64,000 bases of DNA, taken from NCBI GenBank assembly GCA_051294905.1, contig CM119381.1, positions 11,594,001 through 11,658,000 on the forward strand. The letters run 5' to 3'. The notes under the pieces are model-generated. The model was not told the DNA's origin. It was given only the letters and a program-made list of their open reading frames with translations, and searched no databases. This document shows positions 24,101 through 36,100 of the stretch, one piece after another (within the stretch, counting starts at the first letter, position 1; every line of letters starts with the position of its first letter). Made by a program: the position numbers and the translations under genes. The DNA comes from Botryllus schlosseri. Its lineage: Eukaryota.

Positions 24101-27100
24101 TTTTTTTAATGTTTACTATCTACCCCATAAAATGGTCAAGCATTCTAATAAGACGATACACAACAAATTTGGCGTGGACTGGCAGAAGTAAGTTATGGTA
24201 GTTGAAAATCTTGGAATTGAAAATATAGTATTTACTGATAGCAAATTGGGTGAAATTTGTTATGCATGGTTTTTGTAGACAGCTTTAACAACTTCATGGG
24301 TTAGCTATTACAGTTTTTACACAAAGTGAAGCTATTACAGTTTTTAAATTTTTTCATAATAAATTAAAATTTAACAACTGTAATGGCTTCACTTTGTGTG
24401 CAACGTTTTTCTAGCCAACCTAACAATGTTACCTTAGAGCAGGGGTAGGCAAACTACGGCCCGCAACACCGTTTTGTGCGGCCCGTGAGAGTCAAAAGAA
24501 ACTTTTTAAAAATATTATTAAAATGCGTACTAAATATTGAATTAATGCAGGGATTAATTAAACTTTTTCTTAGTATATTTCACCATTATAATTCTAAGGC
24601 AGTGGTTCTCAAACTGGGGAGCGTGCTCCACTTGAGGGCGTGAAAGCATCTGAATGGGGGCGAAGCTGAGCTCAACTGAAATAATTTTTCGCGCTTTACG
24701 CGATTTACCAGCAATTCATGTTTAGTACTCTGTAATTAGTCTGCATTTCATATCTAAAAATCTCTCATCCACAGTCGTAACCTTCCATACCATCAAATTA
24801 TCCGTTGGGTTTTCTAGCATCCTGGTTGAGTTTTGTGATATGGCGATAAGGGGGCGCGAAATCGTTCACCATCACAAGAGGAACGTGTCTTAAAAAGTGC
24901 GAGAACCACTGTTCTAAGTTAAATATTTCCTATATTAGTTTTATGTTTAATTTCTGGCTCGACCATCTCAAGGCCCACAGAGTTTGAAAGGTTTCAACTG
25001 CTAAAAATCACAGAAATCCTAAACGAGATTGACATAATTCTGATTACGAGTGTGATTTCATATTGGCCACTCCAGTTTTAACTATTTTAGTGATGCGCTT
25101 ATAGATTCGTTCTATGCGTAGACTTAGGGTCTTCATATTTTATCTGCAAATAGTAGAAGAGTGTTTGAATCTAACATGGTTATGATGCTGTCAGCATTGT
25201 GTTTCCTGGAACTGAACCAAAAGTGGAATTAGTAAATCTATAAACAGATCGCTGCTAACAGATTTCAATCCTGTTCTAAGAATCGGGACAACCGACTTTC
25301 ATCTCTATAGTTTTGGCAAATTGGTCATTGAGGTCGACCAGCCTATGAAATATCGTCACTGCTTCTGACGCGTGTATGATATCATCAAAGCAATGTTTTG
25401 TTTGTTTTAAATAAGCATATATATTATATCCATGTCCTCACTGTTATCAAATACCAATATTGCATTTTGGTTTATAATCCCAATTTTATATAGTGCGGCC
25501 CGCGAATGGATTCAGATGTTGAATGCGGCCCGCGAGCTGAAAAGTTTGCCCACCCCTGCCTTAGAGCCACATAAACTGAAAAAAAAAAGTTAATTTTGAA
25601 CAATCTAGTGAATATGGAATAAAACTATTTGCAGCCATCTACAGACACTAACATTACATTGACATTACGATTCATAGAGTTACTGTTACCTTCGGACCCA
25701 GGAAGACAATTAGATTACTGAATTTTTACTGTTGCATCATTGCATCAGGGAAAATATGGTAGCAATGTATGTGTAAGATAAGTGGTACTGTATAGGTGGA
25801 TCGCTTATGGAAGGACTTGATGAGAAGAGTGGAAGATCGACCGAATGCTCTCCGTGTTACGACGTCTCCCGGTGTGCTGGAAACTTTACAAGCTTGTAAT
25901 TCGCAACTGGAAAAAATACATAAGAGTCTCGAGGTAAATGTTCTTGCGCTTTTCGAATACTCTCTGGCAGGGTTGTAATGATTCGAGTCACGACTCGACT
26001 CGAATCACGTTTTTTTGTTACTTGACTTGACTCGAGTCATTTCTTCAAATGCGTAAAATGACTCGAAATGACTGTCAATCTGTGTATTGACTCGACTCGT
26101 TCTCGAGTCATTGTGCATGACTCAAACCAAGTCATATGATCCGAGACTAAGACGGCCAAGACAAACATTTCATTATAACTTCGAAGATTAGTCAAGACAC
26201 CACATTATTGGGATTTGGTCTATCAGTCTTGATACTTGGAAAAGGCCAGAAAGTGTTAGGACTGAAGAAAATTACTATATTATGAATGCGAGCCATTCTA
26301 TACCACTCGAGCAGGGTTTAAAAAGTGAGTTGAACCGGAGTGAACACAAAACTGATCAGTGAACACAACAACTTGGACTCGGTCTTGACTCGGTGGTGAA
26401 TTGAAAATGACTCGACTTGACTAGGGTCAAAACTATATAATTGAGATTGACTTGTGACTCGGAGCCTTGTGACTTGGTTACAACCGTGCTCTCAGGCATC
26501 AAATGCATGTGTAACCTGCATGTTCAAATTCAAAACTATCACATATGAAAATTGCAGATAGCTATCGATGTCTGCTTGTGGTATATCTCTATAAAGTTTA
26601 TCAACAGCGTTATCCATATTTTCCAGGATTATCTGGAATTGAAAAGACTTTCGTTCCCCCGTTTTTACTTCCTCAGCAACGACGAGCTTCTAGACGTATT
26701 GTCTCAAGGTCGTACGCCTTCCGCAATTCAACCTCATCTCGGGAAATGTTTTGCTAACATCAGACGGCTTGACATTCGGCTACCAGCACGAAATAATGAC
26801 GGGCCCGTCACGCATCAACCACCCATTGTTCGTTCTATGATATCTGCAGAAGGAGAGGTGATGGCAATGCCCAAGTGAGTTAACATCTTACTTTAAAGCT
26901 AACCAACACTACTTGGTGTAGCTTTGGTCGGTTAGCTTGTGCGCCACAATTTTCGTTTGTTAATACATCGCAAACCTTAAAATACTCAATGCTCCATCAC
27001 AGGAGAAGTAACAGTTCTACATGGTGTCACCTATTTTTTCACAGTTTGTATCCATTATTCCGATAACTTCCATGCTATGTAGGCCTATCAATATGTATCG

Positions 27101-30100
27101 ATTCACCTGATGTGATCCCAGGTATTACCGTCATTTTACTGTTTCATTTTATTTTGAGGTATTTTACCTTAATATTATGTCTCAACAGGATCCGAACAAT
27201 AATCATTTTATGCTTCTACTTACATATACGTAATGCCATAATAGTTGGTAAAAGCTGTATAGTCTTGAGGTTGATTGATGATACCATTGTTGTCAGAAAC
27301 AATTTTAAGCAATCAATTTCTGCGTCATGAGCGTACTTGCACTCATGAAGTTTGTGAATCCTTTGCAGTCACAATCGTAAAACTAAATTACCAATGTGCT
27401 TCGTAATCTATTTATAGCAGATAAAAGACATGCAACACTGGTGAATGTGCTATGATATATTGTTAATGCAATTGATATTATACACAATCCATTTCTCTGC
27501 TAGATGCCATGTGACGGTTGGAAAATTGTCTGTAATTTCAGAAACGTCAAAGCGCGAGGTCCTGTAGAGCAGTGGCTTAGCAATGTGGAGACTGCAATGT
27601 TTGATACGGTTAAGAAGCATTTGAAGAGTGGTCTTTTAACTTGGTCCCCGGAATTAAATTCTCTCAGCAAGTGGGTGCTGGACCATCCGGGGCAGGTTGT
27701 TTTGACAGTGGTAAGTAGAAAACTAGAGGAAATAACCTTCTTTTGGTGGTGCTTGTTCATTTGTGTACGGTAGGAGCGTTCAAAATGGCCTTTTTTACAT
27801 TTTACTGGCTAGTTGATAAAATTGTTAGGTTACCTAATTAAAGGCTGCATACCAATTTTAGTGCAATTCCAATCTATGGAGGCATTGCTATAAGAGAAAA
27901 AAGTTTTGTATTTATTTAATAAAAATTAATATTAATTTAGTTCATTTTACTGGCTACCCCGGGTCCGGGTACTAACAGACATTCAAAATCCATCCTTGAT
28001 CCTGAATTGTATAGTGTGATTTGTGTTATGTAATTTCAGGCACAAATCATGTTCAACAAAGCAGTTGTTCTTGCTTTCAAATCAGAAAACTGTCACAATC
28101 AGTTGAACAACGTCCATGTTGGTTTCCTCGAGTTCTTGGAAATCTTATCAGGTATGCGCAATTGATCATTTTCGAAGAGCTTCTTAGAGGTACAGAACTT
28201 CAATATACAATTGAATAGTATATTCATATTGTAATGAACCAGTATATTTTCGGCTGACATTCGTCTGGGGTAATCGTCAGCAACTAGTAGAGAATTGGAA
28301 AGAACATTGTATATCAACAATCGTATCATAAAATATGACGTCACCAGCACGAAATTTTGAATGAGACAACAAAAGGATTTCGTGTACCACCTAAAAATAG
28401 TACATTGAACGCTCTCTCATCCGAAATTTCATGCCGGTGACGTCATATTTTGTGATACGATTGTTGATATACAATTATCTACTAGTTGCTGACAATTACC
28501 CCTAACGAGTGTCAGCCGAAAATATTCGGGTTCATTTCAATATGAATATGCTATTCAATTGATCATTTTCGTATTACCGATGACTTTTCAGATTCACATT
28601 GATTGTTCTTTGATCAGTGGTTTCCAACCCTGGTGCACTTTCGTGCATTGATTAGCCAAAGAGCATACATTATAGCTGATGAAACACAGTTTTCTCTCAT
28701 GTTCATAAACAAGTGAACTCATATGTCTTTCCATACTGAGAACAGATAAGTACTCTCGTATTTCGCGTTTTGCTGACATCATCGATTGAAATCGCCAACA
28801 TTGCATTTCAACACTCAAACGGCAGGTGACCATGATGTGAACAAGGCAATGTCTTGACTTACCCTGAATTCCCTTATGACAGTAGCCTCAAATCACACTC
28901 AGTTGGTGCTGGGTCTGACAGTACCACCGTATAGTAGTTTGTAGCAATGGAGCTGTGGAATCCACATATTGTAACAGTGATAATATGCGATACTTATAGC
29001 AAGGAATATAAGACAACAGCATTGCAGAAAGAGTGCTCTAAATAAGTAATGACGTCATGGAAAAGGCCAATAAATATAAGCTGGATTTGGATTTTCTGGT
29101 GGCATGATAGCAAATCATTGAAAATAAGCCTACCTAACCTTAACATTTCATTTATCCTTGACGCAAGCTGACTCAACCCATCCGCTTACGCGGATGATTG
29201 TTTATATTTGAAGGTTTGGTGTCCGAGCAGCATATTCCCCCGCATCAGTATCAAATGTTGGAGGCCCTCATCATCATCTATGTCCATTCTCGGGATATTG
29301 TCAAACAAATTATGGATGGAGGCGTCAGTCGGGCTGATGATTTCGAATGGAAAAGGTTTTTATGTCAACTATTATAAATAGTTTTCTTTATGCAAATTTG
29401 TTATTGCTATAATATTTGCATGTCCCAAGTTGAGCAGGAGTATTAGGCGTTAATTTAACCTCACTGCATAGAATGAATTCACAATATCTTGAAACGAAAA
29501 ATGGTGTGTAGTGATCAAAAGCAAACATCAATAGATACGGTATATTAAACTGACCTGTTAAATCAACTTAATGAAATAACTTGAAAATTTTATTTAAAAT
29601 CATTCAATTGGAGTTTTCCCATGTTTTGATATCTCCGTTAACGCCTATTTATATAGGAAAATTGTACCGTTGGCTCCAATAAGATTCGAATATGTTAAAA
29701 TGTTTAGTTGAAAGATAAATGTTGAAACAGGTGTGAATCTATTAAAAACAACTTGAACTTATCTGTTGTCTCCTCGAAATAATGTTCTTTATCTACCTTT
29801 TTTCAGACAGTTGAGATACGAATGGTACGACGCTAATAATTCATGTCATGTCCTGCAAGCAGACGCCAAGTTCCATTACGGCTATGAATATCTGGGATGT
29901 GCCCCACGTCTCGTCATTACTCCATTGACTGACCGTTGCTTCCTAACCCTGACTGGTGCTCTTAGTTTGCACCTCGGCGGTTCGCCCGCCGGTCCGGCGG
30001 GCACTGGAAAATCAGAATCGGTAAAAGATTTAGCAAAGGTACGCATACATATTGTGCATATGTTCATTCTGCTCACTGCAATATTGGTTGAAGGTGATGG

Positions 30101-33100
30101 GGAAGCAATGTGTCGTATTTAATTGCTCAGAAGGGCTCGATTATAAGGTGAGTAGCGAAATATGCCAATGTACAGGACGTTCTTCACCAGTAACAAGTTC
30201 TGATCCATGCAGATGATGGGACAGTTTTTCAGTGGATTAGCCCAATCGGGCTCTTGGTGTTGTTTTGATGAATTCAATCGAATCGATGTAGAGGTTCTGA
30301 GTGTAATCGCTTCTCAAGTTCATACCATAAAAGCAGCAAAAGATACTGAAGCTTTGAGGTGATTTTTGTAAGAATCGTCTATATTCGCGGCAGACTTTTT
30401 AATATCACTTCTGCCATAGAAATATTTGATTTCTATGTTCATAGAGGTAGGTCATCGTACGAAAATCCTGATTTTACCGAAAATAGATAAAATTGTCATT
30501 GCTTGTAGGTTGTACACATTTTTGAAATTACACATATTAACTGGTTGGCACCGGCTGCTTTTTCCAAAAATTTCGCTTCACTTTTCAAAACTGAAAAACA
30601 CGACCTTAATGGGATGCGAAACCAATAAGTGATATACCGCTTGATTCAAAATTTCAACGTGAGCAAAGCAATCAAGTGTGTATATAATCAAGAAGACGAG
30701 ATAACCATGTTGTGAAATGAGATAAGTTTTTATTAGTTCCTTATTGAGTCCACAACGTATACCTGGTTCGAATAAGTACAGTACGTGCTATTCAGACAGA
30801 GATATCTTCTTTCAAACATGCCATGAGTGAGCTCTGACCTCTTAAACTGTGTGTTTATGGTAAAACGCTTTGTTTTGATAGTATCGATCGACCTGGTTGA
30901 GCAAAAGCGGTCACTCATGGCTAGTTTAAAAGAAGATATCTCTGTCGCCTTGAATAGCACGTACGAATTCTCGTCTCGAAGTTGGTAGGTTATTTTTATA
31001 GGCCGTTTCCAATTTCATAGCTTTCATATCTTATCTTCCAAAATATAAATTGAACTGCATCGAATTCCTTACTTCTTGATAACTCTAATCTTGCATTGTC
31101 AGATTCATGTTTGAAGGCAGAGAAATTCGACTTAATGCTTCTTGTGGATTTTTCATCACCATGAACCCCGGTTATCGCGGACGAGTGGAATTGCCAGATA
31201 ACCTGAAATCTCTGTTTCGACCGGTGGCAATGATGGTGCCTGACTATGCGCTTATTGCCGAGATCATCTTGTATTCTGAAGGATTTCATGAAGCGAAGTC
31301 ATTGTCAAGAAAAATCGTAAACTTGTACCATCTTGCCAGTAAGCAGCTTTCTCAGCAGGTGAATTCAATGTTCTGTGCGTTGTCGCTGTGATACTGCTGC
31401 TAATGATTACCAGCATTTCAAATCTATACTGAAAGTATGTTGTTCTTTTTGTGTTTTGTATTAGTATTTATGTACAATATTATTTTACATAAATCCTTGA
31501 TAATGGTTTGTTTTTTCTAGGATCATTATGATTTTGGCATGAGAGCAATCAAATCGGTGCTGATTATGGCTGGTCAGAAGAAACGTATCGTTGCTTACAA
31601 CAACAGAATGAATGAAATTGAAAATCCACAAATCTCGTTCACGGATGCGGTAAGTCACAAAATGTGCGGAATCTCAAACCCAGCTGTGAAAAAAAATCGG
31701 CCGACTCCTGTGTGGGAAGAAAATTTTACGATCACAGATATTGTTTTACCAGCTATAAATATGTGTAACATGTGACTTTTTAAGCAATTCATTGTGGTGA
31801 TACTGTGCACAAGAAAAATGAAAATTGTGGTCTTGCTCAGCTCAACACTAAGGAACAAAAGTATTGTAAGCATTTCAGCGGGAATAGGGACAAAGTGTTT
31901 TGCAAATTTTCAGCCATGATAGCAGCAACATGTTCCAGACCCCCTCCGCTAGATGTTGAATCATCTTTTCCATACATAAATTAGCTTAATTGTTTTCATC
32001 AGGACATTGATAAAGACGGCCGGAAATCTTATCCTTCAAACCAGGAATCGTATATTCTAATTCATGCTTTGAGGGATGCAAATCTACCAAAATTTCTGGC
32101 CGAGGATGTTCCACTCTTTGAAAGCATCATGTTCGACTTGTTCCCTGGCATTGAACCACCGAATATGGACAACAGACTGCTAGAGGTAACGCATTTCACA
32201 CATCACGTAAAGTCATGGAATGTTTCTTCAGCATCATCACTTGGACAGTTTTTGCATATTATTTAAAAAATGTTGAAATGCCACTAAGAAATCCCTTCGG
32301 TATTCATATAAATGCTGTTTCCTATTTCACAGCAAGCCATTGATGGCGTTATCAATGATCTCAACGCAGAAAAATGGACGTCGCAAATACAGAAAGTGAT
32401 TCAACTGCACAGCCAGCTACTAGTTCGGCACGGCGTCATGCTTGTGGGACCGTCTGGCGGCGGAAAAACCATGGTGCGCAACATTTTGCAAAAAGCGCTC
32501 GCTCACCTTCCGACTTTGGCCAACGCGAATCGATTTGACGATGAGGTTTGATTGCGTTCACTGTTATTTTCAGATAAATATTGATATCTTTATTTGTCAT
32601 TTAGAAAAGCACCAAAAGAACGCGAAACATTGAGAGCTATTGCCTGAATCCAAAATGCATGGAACTCGGCGAACTTTATGGTCAGACCGATCCCAATACC
32701 CTGGAATGGTCGGATGGACTTCTTGCGCACCTTGTGAGAAAGTATGTCACCCACAATGAGTTCTGAACATCTCAAATGTCTCTTTGAGAGGGCATCACAT
32801 GCTTCATTAATTGTTGTGAATTTCATTGATCCTTTTGCAATCCTGGACTATTCCTACTTTAGTTCCTGTGGTTCAGTTGTTGTCGTAATCGTAAGGAAAA
32901 TATTGGTAAATGGCTTCATTATTTGCTATCATTTCAGGATAGCTAAAGAACTAATTGGAAATAAAGATTCTGAAGAACGAACTGCTACTTCTGTGTCATT
33001 CCACGAGAGTTTGGTACGTTTGTTATACATATATTACTTGTATTATGACGATTACACTTCACCGCTCTTTCCACTCAATCTTGTCGGTAGTATTTGGTTA

Positions 33101-36100
33101 TTTGCTAAACCAGATTGTTTGGACTAGAATTTGTAAAAAACTAAAGTTCATTTGTAAATTGAAAATGATGACGTGTCAGGAACACGAAATCGGCTGACTT
33201 ATCAAAAGCTAATTTCAATCCCAAATCCATTGACTCTCAGCCGGGGTGCCATTTATACTGCTCAAGGGCGTCGAAAAATAATGAGTTATCGCAATACTAC
33301 AGCCTATTACTCTGTTTAGCTAGCGGTTTTCAAGTTTTTTTCATATAAATCCCGTTACATTGCGGTTCGCTATCGATAAGTCACTGATTACTGGTGCCTT
33401 TGTACCTTTTCTCACATCAGAAATAGGCGTAACATCAACTCGATACATTGCTGTGACACAAGATACTGTGCATTTTTTCTGCTCTGTGATTATCTGGACG
33501 CATGACAGTAATAAAGTACGAATTCGGACGAGTACTTGTACCCTGTCTCGAATGATACTGACAGTTGAGAAATAATAGTGACATCAGCTTTCAAATAGTA
33601 CTGGCTTGAATATATTTCCAATTTATGTCGCCGACTTGCAGCAATTAACCCTCAATGCAGCAAGGTGCTACTTGTCTCAATCCAAATTGAATCAATGCGC
33701 ATCTTGCACCATAAGCAATTGTCAGTTACAAACATTAAACGTGAATTGATCAGACTGTTGAAAATATGAGTTTACACATTATCATAACTTGCAACATTGT
33801 AACACGGCATTTAGACCTCATAAAGCGGAAATAGTCCTAGGATATTGCAAGGTGAGAAAGGTTGAGGGCCACTGGATTACCATTTACACCGTTTAGTATA
33901 ATTTAACCGATGTGTCTGGCGACTTACATTGAGAGAATGGTGGTAAAACACCGGGATAAAATTTTGTCACCCACAATCCAGAACATCACATCCAACAACT
34001 TACTGGAAGAATCATATTTCTTATCTGGTCTTGTAATTAAAATCACTTTTCTTTCTTCAGGCTCCTTCGACAGAGGCAAGCCGGGCAAGTTCAGCAAGCT
34101 CCATAGGTGGTGATTCAACAAAGCCTCCGAGGTAGAATATTGAGCATGGAGAACTTTTTTTCATGTCTTTAAAATCAGAAACAGACATTCCTATTGAAAT
34201 GAACTGTGTTATCGGCTATTGTCGGCTGTTGCCACAAAGTAAGTTATGCCTTCACAAGGTTCTGTTCACCTCAATTATTCGGATTTTCATCCCGGTGATG
34301 TCATATTTGATTGTTGATGGACAAAGTTCTTTACTAGTTGCTGACGACTGCCCTTGAAGAGTGCCAGCCTATAATATTTTGGTTTTTTTCAATATGAATA
34401 TATTATGCAATTGTATATTGAAGTTCTGTAGAGTCTCTTGAAACGGATTTTTGTTATTCTCGGTTTTAGTAGTCCTCGTCTCGATGTAGAAAATTCGGTA
34501 ATGCTTAAGCAAACCATTAATGGTAAATACCATCCGCAGTTTATTTTTATAAAGGTAGGCCTACATGGATGAGAAATCTAGAAACCTATATCCCTGATTC
34601 TTTTGTTGACATGGACAATATCTACTTGTTCAAATTTTTGCCTGAGGACATATATCTAATATATCTTCTCTGATATGAAAATATATTGTTGTGACATTTC
34701 AGCCGCCTTGAAGACTTGAATGACCCATCGCAATACCCTGAATGGCGGTGGATAGTACTTGATGGTCCCGTTGACACTTTGTGGGTTGAAAACTTGAATA
34801 CAGTACTAGATGATACCAAGACCCTTTGTTTGGCCAATGGAGAACGGATCCCGATGGCTGATGGAATTCGATTACTTTTTGAAGTGGATGATCTTTCTCA
34901 GGTTCACTTGATAACATATTGATCAATGACACTTCTATTAAGAATGTTATATTCAGGCAAGTCCTGCTACGATCAGTCGATGTGCAATGGTGTACCTTGA
35001 CCCAGTCGACTTGGGATGGCGTCCTTTCGTTACTTCGTGGCTCTCTCATCTACCAAAACATTTTCCTGAAAGCGGTAACTTGATTTTGATGATTTTTTAT
35101 CAAGAGTCAAAATGATGAATGGAAATTGAGACTGCGAATATTTTTGATAATTTCGCAAGCCACTCAAACTTCATATGAAGGAAAAATGGAAATAAAAATA
35201 ATATAACAAAATGGTAAAATAAAATAATCTCAAAGTTTTGCATGTTCAAGGACTGGTGAATTCATAGTTGTATCTTAAGATAAAATATTTTTTATTTCAT
35301 TACAATCTCCGGAATGAGTTATACATGGTGTGATGTATACCCTGTATTGCATGGCTTGGCAACCTTGGGCTCATGCGCCAGATCCGCAAGCTGGCTTTTG
35401 GTCCATCCAGCATGTCCTCATGCAGTCTCCCACATAATGCATTTTTTGTTGTGCGTAGAATTAGAATTGCTCACTTCGCTTTACACATTTTAACGTCGTA
35501 CCATCGACTAGAATTACAAATATAGCTACACAGTATGTTTTTTCAAATTAGATTAGAATTAAAATTGTTGCTACACAGGTTTTCCAAATTGGATAAGAAT
35601 TAGAATTACTGAATTTGCGAAAACTTGGACATTGAATGAACTTCAGTTCATATCAAACCAGAGTTCATTCTCAATAGCATGACAATGGCAAATGTCTGTA
35701 CAGCAATCTTGGCTCGTTACGCAATATACTGCTCTCCTGTGGTATTTTCAGGAAATTCAGAAATTAGATTACAATTAAAATCAGAACGTAAAAACATTTC
35801 ACAAATTAGATCAGTATTAGAATTGAAGCAAATAAACATTTAACAAATAGTTTAGAATTTGATTACTGGTATTTCGCTCTAATTAGTCGAATTGGAGAAC
35901 TAGAATTATTTATATTAGTTATACAAGTTGTCAGGCTGTACGAAGATGTACTCGATCAATAAGAGCTTGAAAAGAACTGATTCTGTTACAACTGTTATTT
36001 TCATTACAGTTTGTTTTTTGGTCTTTAGGAAGGGACCGCCGTATTGTTTGCAATGCACTTCACGGACCGAGGTCAAACACCATAGGCTGTTAAAATCAGC

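Larger units (their letters stand above)
28175..28555. mobile_element. Head-to-head inverted Penelope pLTR insertion
   Basis: Minus-strand copy followed by a plus-strand copy of the 22800-22956 sequence; 16-bp direct repeat caattgatcattttcg at 28159-28174 and 28556-28571. Confidence 0.85.

Noticed and set aside
28594-29190. Minus-strand LINE (RTE/L2-like) remnant, e.g. [11 protein letters not shown]
   Set aside because: Similarity too weak to support without a search; needs tBLASTx against Dfam/Repbase
29991-30014. AAA1 Walker A GPAGTGKS instead of GKT
   Set aside because: Ser is allowed by the P-loop consensus, and Walker B and sensor I are intact
35455-35910. Cluster of about nine tagaatt motifs
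   Set aside because: Probably subterminal repeats of a decayed element; no termini found
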